In this document: piece after piece, positions 40,364-47,210 of the stretch
Layout of the letters: every line of letters begins with the position of its first letter
Numbering within the stretch: the stretch's first letter is position 1
Assembly: GCA_965214095.1 (NCBI GenBank)
Contig: OZ243938.1
Coordinates: 4,512,001-4,576,000, forward strand
Reading direction: 5' to 3'
Source: Candidatus Poribacteria bacterium
Lineage (GTDB): Bacteria > Poribacteria > WGA-4E > WGA-3G
Length of the DNA: 64,000 bases
Translations under genes and position numbers: made by a program
The notes under the pieces: generated by a model
Seen by the model: only the letters and a program-made list of their open reading frames with translations
Told to the model about the DNA's origin: nothing
Databases searched by the model: none

Positions 40364-42121
40364 ATGAATCATAATTTTGACAATCCAAACAACTTTACTG
40401 ATGCAGAATTGGTGAGACTTGTCCAATGTCGAGACGAAGCTGCATTCACCGAATTAATATCTCGGTATAGTCCACGAATCTGGAACATTGTATTAGACAA
40501 ATCAAGACAAACACGCGACGCAGAAGAAATCCTCATGGATATCTGGTTGGCTGTTTGGAATAACATTATTGGACTCCGTAATGTAGAAAGTTTTGGGGTA
40601 TGGTTACGTAAAATTGCAAATAGTGCATGCAATAGATATTATGCTTCAAAAAAGAACAAACACTCCGAAATCATTATGAGTTACGAAGATTTAACCATAC
40701 AGATTGATAGAGAAGCAGAACGACGGTTTCACGATGCAAAGTTGCGTGCTGATGCAAGAGAAGCTGTACATCAACTGCCGAATAAAGTACGTTCTATTGC
40801 AGAAATGTACTATTTGGATTTATTCAGTATCAATGATATTTCTAAAGAATACAACCTACCAATTGGTACGGTAAAGTCAAAACTGAGCGAAGTCCGACAG
40901 CTACTACGAAAAGAATTTGAAATTGAACCTACAAAGGAGAACACAATGTCAACAAAACATGACAATCATAAAAATGGTGGAATTAAATGTAAGATAGTTG
41001 GTGTAGGTGGAGCAGGATGCAATGCTGTCAAACATCTCATCAAAAAAGAAGATACTGACATAATAGATTTTGGGGTGAATGATGAAATTGTCATAGATTT
41101 CTATGCAATTGATACAGACAGTGAGGCTTTAAATTCATGCAAAGAAGTCACTCAGATTCAAATTGGTGCAACCGTTACACAAGAACAAGGAACGGGAGGG
41201 AAGCTTGAACTTGGTAGAAGAGCAGCAGCCGAAAGCATGGATGAACTTCAATCCATTGTCTCCGATGCCGATATGCTTTTTATTATTGCTGGTATGGGTG
41301 GTGGAACGGGGACTGCAGTCGCACCTGTAATCACATCTTTAGCTCGTGTACATAAAACATTAACTGTCTGCATTGCAACCCGACCGCTTGACACTGAGGA
41401 AAAACACAAAAAAGAAAATGCTGATGAAGGATTGAGTGAACTCCAAGATGATCCAGATTCGTGTGCAGATGCTGTTATCGTTGTTCCAAACCAGCAAATC
41501 TTGGATTCACAAGAGCCAAAGTTACAGATGAGTGGATTATTCCAGCTAACAAATGATATCCTTTCCGATGGAGTAATGTTAATTTTGGACTTACTGTTAC
41601 AAACCGGGGAGATAAATATAGATTTTGATGACATACAAGAACTGTTCCGAGATAAGGGAACTATGCTAATAGGTATTGGGAAAGCAAAGGGTGAAAATCG
41701 AGCAACAATTGCTGCCAAAAACGCAATCAACTCGCTTCTCATTCAAGGAAACACTATTGAATCAAATGTCGATATGTTAATTAACATATATTCACCATAC
41801 GATTTCACAATGCATGAACTTGACCAAACGATGTGTGTCATTTGTGAAAAATATCGCGATGCACAACCCATGTTTGCATTAGTCTACAAGGATGAATTAG
41901 AAAAGAACGATGAAGTAATTGTTACGATATTATCAAGTTGTGCAGAAAAGCAAGAATCATCTCCCTCATCAATTCCTACAAGAGAAGAGGGTAAGACTCC
42001 CGAACAAGATCCAGAAACGTCATCATCTGATCCAGATTCTGTAGCTTCACAAAGTCGCGATTTCTTTAACACTCTTCCTGTCAAATCCCCATGCTTTAGT
42101 GCTTTAGCTTGCGGGATGTAG
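40364..42121 (+). CDS. ECF sigma factor fused to an FtsZ-like GTPase; 3' end disrupted by an IS605-family insertion
   Basis: aa 1-187: sigma2 (DAEEILMDIWLAVW..FGVWLRKIA) and sigma4 (LPIGTVKSKL). aa ~207-530: GVGGAGCNAV, IDTD, AGMGGGTGTA, GEINIDFDD, GIGKAKGENRA. The last 17 codons come from the IS left end. Confidence 0.9.
   Translation: MNHNFDNPNNFTDAELVRLVQCRDEAAFTELISRYSPRIWNIVLDKSRQTRDAEEILMDIWLAVWNNIIGLRNVESFGVWLRKIANSACNRYYASKKNKHSEIIMSYEDLTIQIDREAERRFHDAKLRADAREAVHQLPNKVRSIAEMYYLDLFSINDISKEYNLPIGTVKSKLSEVRQLLRKEFEIEPTKENTMSTKHDNHKNGGIKCKIVGVGGAGCNAVKHLIKKEDTDIIDFGVNDEIVIDFYAIDTDSEALNSCKEVTQIQIGATVTQEQGTGGKLELGRRAAAESMDELQSIVSDADMLFIIAGMGGGTGTAVAPVITSLARVHKTLTVCIATRPLDTEEKHKKENADEGLSELQDDPDSCADAVIVVPNQQILDSQEPKLQMSGLFQLTNDILSDGVMLILDLLLQTGEINIDFDDIQELFRDKGTMLIGIGKAKGENRATIAAKNAINSLLIQGNTIESNVDMLINIYSPYDFTMHELDQTMCVICEKYRDAQPMFALVYKDELEKNDEVIVTILSSCAEKQESSPSSIPTREEGKTPEQDPETSSSDPDSVASQSRDFFNTLPVKSPCFSALACGM
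40934..40948 (+). promoter_or_regulatory. Internal in-frame RBS + ATG at the sigma/FtsZ junction
   Basis: AAGGAG (40934-40939), 6-nt spacer, ATG 40946 = codon 195 of the fusion ORF. Confidence 0.7.
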
Positions 42122-42134
42122 ACGGGCAAAAAGG

Positions 42135-42162
42135 TTGATTTTGAGAAAGAACACACTATAAT
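42135..42162 (+). promoter_or_regulatory. Putative sigma70 promoter for tnpB within the IS left end
   Basis: TTGATT-16 nt-TATAAT. Confidence 0.55.
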
Positions 42163-42248
42163 ACAAATACCTTTTCAGTGGTGGATGTCGTTAGCATCTG
42201 CCACACTACTAACGATGGGTAAGAGGTTCTTCACCGAGAAGGCGGACT

Positions 42249-43361
42249 ATGAGAAAAACCTATAAATACAAGGGACAACATCAAAAGAACACGCTAAAAC
42301 TTGGCAATCTGCTTGACGATATGCATCAGATCCATGTGCATATTATGCGATTGCAGAAGAGGTATTATCGCATATATAAGAAAAACATATCTGCCTATAC
42401 TATGAATCGTCATATTACGAAGTTGAAAAAGCGGACAAAGCCTCATTGGGCAGACTTGCCGAGTCAAGTTATTCAAGATGTTGTGCTGCGTATGGGTAAA
42501 GCCTACGACGCGTTTTTTAGGAATATAAAAGACCGCAAAGAAGGTAAAACAGCAAAGAAAATCGGTAGACCAAAGATTAAACCGCAACATAAATACAACT
42601 CTATGACGTTTACACAGGCAGGATATAAACTTGAAGGGAACCGTATCAAGATCAACTGTATAGATACGTGGTTTTCCTTTCATAAACATCGTGAAATAAC
42701 AGGTGACATCAAAACAATAACCCTCAAGCGTGACAGGTGTGGCGATTACTGGATATGCTTTTCTTGTGATAACGTTGACACACCGAAATCTTTTGCGAAG
42801 ACAGGTGAAAGTGCTGGCTTTGATTTCGGATTGACAACCTTTCTCACAGCTTCTAATGGTAATAAGATTGTGTCTCCGCAGTTTTTGAAAAAGTCCTTGA
42901 ACAAGTTGAGAACACTGAATAAAAGTGTGAGTCGTAAAGTCGAGGGATCAGGCAATTGGTATCGTGCTATCCGTGCGTTGTTGCGGGAGTATAGGAAGAT
43001 AGCGCGACAACGTCTTGACTGGCAGTGGAAACTTGCTACAGACCTTTGCAGGCATTTTGATACCTTGTGTTTTGAAACCCTCAATATAGACGGCATGAAA
43101 CGCCTCTGGGGACGCAAAGTCAGTGATCTCGCTTGCTACCAGTTCATTCAAGTGTTGGCATTCAAGTGTGCGAAACACGATAAAACTTTCCTCAAAATCG
43201 GACAATGGACAGCGACAACAAAACCCTGTAGCAACTGCGGACACACAAACGATAAACTAACACTTTCAGATAGACACTGGATATGTCCTACGTGCAATAC
43301 TGAACACGATAGAGACATCAATGCCGCTATCAATATCAAACAGGCAGGCTTAGCTGCCTAA
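42249..43361 (+). CDS. tnpB: TnpB RNA-guided endonuclease
   Basis: RuvC-I GFDFG, RuvC-II FETL, zinc finger CSNC..CPTC, RuvC-III HDRDINAAINI; N-terminal KTYKYK. Confidence 0.95.
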   Translation: MRKTYKYKGQHQKNTLKLGNLLDDMHQIHVHIMRLQKRYYRIYKKNISAYTMNRHITKLKKRTKPHWADLPSQVIQDVVLRMGKAYDAFFRNIKDRKEGKTAKKIGRPKIKPQHKYNSMTFTQAGYKLEGNRIKINCIDTWFSFHKHREITGDIKTITLKRDRCGDYWICFSCDNVDTPKSFAKTGESAGFDFGLTTFLTASNGNKIVSPQFLKKSLNKLRTLNKSVSRKVEGSGNWYRAIRALLREYRKIARQRLDWQWKLATDLCRHFDTLCFETLNIDGMKRLWGRKVSDLACYQFIQVLAFKCAKHDKTFLKIGQWTATTKPCSNCGHTNDKLTLSDRHWICPTCNTEHDRDINAAINIKQAGLAA

Positions 43362-43474
43362 AGTGGAGATGACGTGAGACGGGGGATCCTTTTGGAGAAA
43401 CGCTGTTGTCAAGGAAGCACAAGCCCCAACCTTTAGGTTGTGGGTCACTATGACCATATTGATTGATGACCAAC
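43340..43474 (+). ncRNA. Predicted TnpB omega/reRNA (right-end scaffold plus ~16-20 nt flanking guide); 5' boundary uncertain
   Basis: Inferred from established TnpB biology. The scaffold would end at the IS right end (TGAC 43454) and the guide would be CATATTGATTGATGACCAAC. Confidence 0.55.
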
Positions 43475-43605
43475 AGATACCAGAATCTGTACAGTTAGCT
43501 ATTGATAACAGTTTATCTGTAAGTAATTCTTCCAGACTAAATCTCAGAGCGCCACCATACTATCTGTTGACAGAACTTCCAACTCCGGTTTTATGTTTTC
43601 TATAG
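43455..43605 (+). pseudogene. Displaced original 3' end of the sigma-FtsZ gene
   Basis: Joining 42069 to 43455 reads in frame: ..DFFN-ILIDDQQIPESVQLAIDNSLSVSNSSRLNLRAPPYYLLTELPTPVLCFL* (TAG 43603-05). Confidence 0.75.
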
Positions 43606-43707
43606 ACATCGGAGCCGCATATCTTATCAAAAACACTTTGAAAGTTCAAACGACTATCCTGAAAATCCTAGTTCAGAGAAAAAGAATTGCACTAAATTAG
43701 GCGTTTT

Positions 43708-43806
43708 CCCCAGGACGGTAGGTTCGGTTTCCTAACCGAACCTACCGTCCTGGGGCGTTTGGCATTTGTGAAAAAGACACAAGAAAAACCAAAAACTAAA
43801 TAGCCC
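43708..43806. repeat. Palindrome with perfect 22-bp arms (GGTAG REP-like), plus a TIR-family end
   Basis: CCCCAGGACGGTAGGTTCGGTT-TCCT-AACCGAACCTACCGTCCTGGGG (43708-43755); 43762-43806 is close to the reverse complement of 46845-46891. Confidence 0.9.
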
Positions 43807-43825
43807 TACATGGCTGCAAACATTA

Positions 43826-43854
43826 TTGACATAATACCCTATCCGTGTTAATAT
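43826..43854 (+). promoter_or_regulatory. Putative sigma70 promoter for comF
   Basis: TTGACA-17 nt-TAATAT with an extended -10 TG. Confidence 0.55.
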
Positions 43855-43883
43855 ACCACGACATACATAAACGGTAGCCAAAT

Positions 43884-44645
43884 ATGCACATACGACCCAA
43901 CTTTCTACAACAGACCATTGAAACTGCAATTACATTCTTATATCCAGCACAATGCAAAGTTTGTGAAAATCAACTCGGACTTGAATCTGCACCTTATATA
44001 TGCAATGCTTGCTGGAAAGATATTGAATATATTGAGCCACCTTGGTGTGAGATCTGCGGAATGCCAAAGGCTGAAAACCTATGTAATTTTTGTGCAACGA
44101 AACCGCCACGTTTTGGTAAATTGCGAACGATCACTGTTTACGAAACTACAATACAACAAGCGATACATCTATTCAAATTCAACAAACGACCTTCATTCAG
44201 TCATACACTAATACAACTTATTTTAGACAACATACCACGCGACTTAAACCTTACTGACTATGACTACGTCCTTCCAGTACCCATTCACAAAAAACGGCTA
44301 CGTGAGCGCGGATTCAACCAGTCTACACTCCTTGCAAAAGGGATTGCGAAAGTTGTTGGTCTTAGAGTAATAGAAGATGTACTTATAAGAGAAAAAAATA
44401 CATCACCTCAGAGCAGTTTAGACAGAGAAGCACGTCAAACGAACATAAAAGGTGCATTTAATCTACTGGATGCTGATAAAATACGTGACAAACATATCCT
44501 CGTTTTTGATGATGTTTTTACCACGGGGGCAACAATTCGTGAAGTGGTAAATGTATTATGGGATGCCGACCCAATTGAAATAGATGTGTTAACATTAGCA
44601 AGGACTTTAACACTCTTCCCGTCAAATCCGCCTGCATTAGTTTAG
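43884..44645 (+). CDS. comF: ComF family protein (double zinc ribbon + phosphoribosyltransferase)
   Basis: CKVC/CNAC/CEIC/CNFC, PVPIHKKRLRERGFNQS, VFDDVFTTGAT, LTLAR. Confidence 0.93.
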   Translation: MHIRPNFLQQTIETAITFLYPAQCKVCENQLGLESAPYICNACWKDIEYIEPPWCEICGMPKAENLCNFCATKPPRFGKLRTITVYETTIQQAIHLFKFNKRPSFSHTLIQLILDNIPRDLNLTDYDYVLPVPIHKKRLRERGFNQSTLLAKGIAKVVGLRVIEDVLIREKNTSPQSSLDREARQTNIKGAFNLLDADKIRDKHILVFDDVFTTGATIREVVNVLWDADPIEIDVLTLARTLTLFPSNPPALV

Positions 44646-44697
44646 CTTCGGGATGTAGATGGGTAAAAGGTTGACCTTGAGAAAGAAACACGATGAC
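44611..44697 (+). mobile_element. 87-bp internally deleted remnant of the IS605-family element
   Basis: Follows TTTAA (44606-10); close match to 42070-42155; ends in CACGATGAC, like the right terminus CACTATGAC. Confidence 0.8.
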
Positions 44698-44782
44698 TGT
44701 ACGTATCTTCTTGCTAAAATAAAAATACTATCCTTTTTGAACAATACTGTCTCTACTTCATTAGGATAAGGAGATACGTTTC

Positions 44783-45367
44783 ATGAATCCAGACGAATTG
44801 AAAGATGCTGAGGATGCGGAACTCATCGTGGCGGTATTGGCTGGTAATCACAAAGCGTTTGATGAATTAGTGTACCGGTATCAACGCGGTATGCTTTCCG
44901 TAGCACAACAGGTTGTCCGAAACCCAATTGAAGCGGAAGACATTGTCCAAGATGCATTCTTACTTGCATTTGAGGCATTACCGCAACTTGATAATCTAAA
45001 TAGATTTGGTTCTTGGCTCTATTCAATTACACGTAATCGCGCACTACGTTTCATGAAACGATCAAGTAGAATACAATTGCATGACGATGTAGATACAGAA
45101 TTGCAAATAGAGGCAGATCCTGCTTCAACAGATCCTGCACAAATAGTGGAACAGGAATCTACCCATGAAGATGTCAGGGAAGCGATTGATTCACTACCTT
45201 CAGATTTTAAGGAGGTAATCACGCTCTATTATTGGGCAGATATGCCGCAGAAACGGATTGCCGAAACACTTTCGCTCCCCTTAACAACGGTAAAATGGAG
45301 ACTTCATAAAGGGAAAGACTTACTAAAAACCGTATTAGAAAAACGTGGATATGGAGATATTTTGTAG
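44783..45367 (+). CDS. ECF (sigma-70 group 4) RNA polymerase sigma factor
   Basis: AFDELVYRY, EAEDIVQDAF, FGSWLYSITRN, IAETLSLPLTTVKWRL. Confidence 0.95.
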   Translation: MNPDELKDAEDAELIVAVLAGNHKAFDELVYRYQRGMLSVAQQVVRNPIEAEDIVQDAFLLAFEALPQLDNLNRFGSWLYSITRNRALRFMKRSSRIQLHDDVDTELQIEADPASTDPAQIVEQESTHEDVREAIDSLPSDFKEVITLYYWADMPQKRIAETLSLPLTTVKWRLHKGKDLLKTVLEKRGYGDIL

Positions 45368-46766
45368 CATGGAACAGGAACGACAACAAGAAATACGTGG
45401 ACTTTTTCAAATTCTTGAGCAGACAGCAGAGATCGCAGAAAATTCAGCATTGACAGAGAACTATAAGGATGGAGAAAGGCGATGCGTCTCTCAATTCAAT
45501 AAGGTCTTGAAACGACTGAGTGCGTTAGATGCTGTCCCAGATGCGCTCTTTGAACCATTACATGAAGATGCTAATTATAGTGAAATTAGTATTGCTTGTA
45601 ATCATCTTGCAGCGTATCTAAGCGAGGGATTAGGATCATTTCCCGATCTAAAAGGCATGGTGACCAACATTCTTGGGAAAAGATTCATTGAGAACATTGA
45701 GGAAGAGTTGAAAGAAGGTAAAATTGGTGATTTGATACGGAACGCGATTCCTGAATTTATGACTGAGACTACTCTGGATGACATCAATGAATCGTTCAAT
45801 GTGAGTCCGGATGGTAGGTTGATACTTGATGTAGACATTGGAACGATTGACATTCGGACAGCAGAAAGCGAGGCAGTTAATGTTGTCGTGCACCGGGCAG
45901 CAAAGTTCAAGACAGATAGGCATGCAACGGATTTACTTAAGGATTTCCAAGTCAACATTAATCCAAAAGAAGGTGAACTTCAAATTGATGCGAAATTTAA
46001 AGATGGTAAACGGTATTGGAAAAAAAACACAGAACGACTGAATATCCATTTTGATATTACAGTTCCCAAAACTTTCCACGGTGTATATTTAAAAACAGCG
46101 GCGGGTGATATTACTGTTCATGATTTTAGTGGTGCAGTCCAATCGCAAACAAACAGTGGGGAACTGAAGTTTGAGAATATCACAGGTCCAATTTTTGGCA
46201 ATACGGTCAATGGTGATGTCAGGTTGGCTCAATGTGAAAGTGATGTTAGGATTGAAGCATTACGAGGAGACATTGAGATAAATAACAACATCGGAAGTGT
46301 TGACGCGACTACATCTGGTGGAAGTATACGTTGTGTAGATGTTGATGGTGAAATCATCGGAGAAACATCTGGTGGTAGTATCAAGTTGGTCCGATGTAAG
46401 GGGGAGGCAAAGGTTCAGACTTCAGGCGGAAGTATCGACCTGGACAATGATGGTTCGATCACTGCCAAAACCTTTGGTGGTTCTATTAACGCAGGTATAT
46501 CGGGACAACTCAAAGGCGATTCAACTATAGAAGTCTCAGGTGGAGACATCACAGTTTCATTGCCTTCTGATATTGCATTAAAGGTTGATGCAAAATGTAG
46601 TGGTGGAGCGGTAGTATCTGAACTGCCGGATGTTATCGTCGCTGATGATGAACATATATCTGGACAACTGTATGGGGTTGTTAATGGTGATGGTCCTTTA
46701 CTGAAACTCCGTTGCATTGGTGGAGATATAAATTTGAAAAGTAAGCATGTTGATAGTGAAACATAA
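45345..46766 (+). CDS. DUF4097/putative-adhesin beta-repeat protein with N-terminal helical domain; likely start ATG 45369
   Basis: Repeated TSGGSI/TAAGDI/VSGGDI units; ending VNGDGPLLKLRCIGGDINL; no signal peptide or TM segment. Confidence 0.82.
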   Translation: MDMEIFCSMEQERQQEIRGLFQILEQTAEIAENSALTENYKDGERRCVSQFNKVLKRLSALDAVPDALFEPLHEDANYSEISIACNHLAAYLSEGLGSFPDLKGMVTNILGKRFIENIEEELKEGKIGDLIRNAIPEFMTETTLDDINESFNVSPDGRLILDVDIGTIDIRTAESEAVNVVVHRAAKFKTDRHATDLLKDFQVNINPKEGELQIDAKFKDGKRYWKKNTERLNIHFDITVPKTFHGVYLKTAAGDITVHDFSGAVQSQTNSGELKFENITGPIFGNTVNGDVRLAQCESDVRIEALRGDIEINNNIGSVDATTSGGSIRCVDVDGEIIGETSGGSIKLVRCKGEAKVQTSGGSIDLDNDGSITAKTFGGSINAGISGQLKGDSTIEVSGGDITVSLPSDIALKVDAKCSGGAVVSELPDVIVADDEHISGQLYGVVNGDGPLLKLRCIGGDINLKSKHVDSET

Positions 46767-46812
46767 TTGGATGTAGTTGAGTGCATTTTTAGACTGGTTG
46801 TAAATACATGTT

Positions 46813-46837
46813 GTTGCCAAAGCTTACCTTTGGCAAC
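46813..46837. terminator. Stem-loop downstream of the sigma/DUF4097 pair
   Basis: GTTGCCAAAG-CTTAC-CTTTGGCAAC perfect 10-bp stem. Confidence 0.5.
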
Positions 46838-46842
46838 TTATC

Positions 46843-47069
46843 TCAGGGTTATTTAGTTTTAGGTTTTTCTTGTGTATTCTTTCGCAAATGCTAAATTCCC
46901 CAAGCCGATAGGTGCGGTTTCCTAACCCGCACCGGATTTGTGTCAAACACCTTTCATAATAGGTCTTCTCACAGGTTTTGGTGCGGTTAGGAAACCGCAC
47001 CTACCGCTTTGAGTATTAACTTTCAGTAAATCCTGATGTTGATAATTTATTAAAACTAAATAACCCTGA
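46843..47069. repeat. MITE/REPIN-like element: 19-bp perfect TIRs enclosing two inverted GGTAG-type hairpins
   Basis: TCAGGGTTATTTAGTTTTA (46843-61) and TAAAACTAAATAACCCTGA (47051-69); cores GATAGGTGCGGTTTCCTAACCCGCACC and GGTGCGGTTAGGAAACCGCACCTACC. Confidence 0.88.
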
Positions 47070-47085
47070 ACTTATCTTAATTTTC

Positions 47086-47115
47086 TTGCATTAAATACAC
47101 CCTCTTTGCTATAAT
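47086..47115 (+). promoter_or_regulatory. Putative sigma70 promoter for the sugar ABC operon
   Basis: TTGCAT-18 nt-TATAAT with an extended -10 TG. Confidence 0.55.
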
Positions 47116-47210
47116 CATGAATTAAATTGGGATTGTTGGTTGTCTGAACGAACCAGAAGGGACGTTTGGTATTGATCAAAAGTGTTATAGAATAATAAGG
47201 AGTTACAGAA

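Larger units (their letters stand above)
42070..43454 (+). mobile_element. Non-autonomous IS200/IS605-family (IS1341-like, tnpB-only) insertion sequence
   Basis: Follows TTTAA (42065-42069). Left guide AAAT (42083-86) sits at the hairpin foot and fits target TTAA. Right guide CAAG (43420-23) precedes the CCCAACC-TTT-AGGTTGTGGG hairpin and fits the end TGAC (43451-54). No TSD. Excision restores the host ORF. Confidence 0.88.

Noticed and set aside
40946-42121. Canonical cell-division ftsZ
   Set aside because: It is fused to a sigma factor, diverges at several conserved positions and has no dcw neighbours. No gene symbol assigned.
42070-43454. IStron (group I intron-IS hybrid) that would splice out of the host mRNA
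   Set aside because: Only about 180 nt precede tnpB, no group I core is recognisable, and the element ends in C (TGAC), not the terminal G that group I splicing requires.
43455-43605. Reconstructed tail ELPTPVLCFL as the FtsZ C-terminal core motif (LDIPAFL)
   Set aside because: The resemblance is too weak to claim without an alignment.
40364-45367. RNA-guided transcription system (nuclease-dead TnpB/Cas12f + sigmaE), suggested by tnpB lying between two ECF sigma genes
   Set aside because: This TnpB keeps all RuvC catalytic residues, has both IS ends and interrupts the sigma-FtsZ ORF. An ordinary insertion explains the adjacency.
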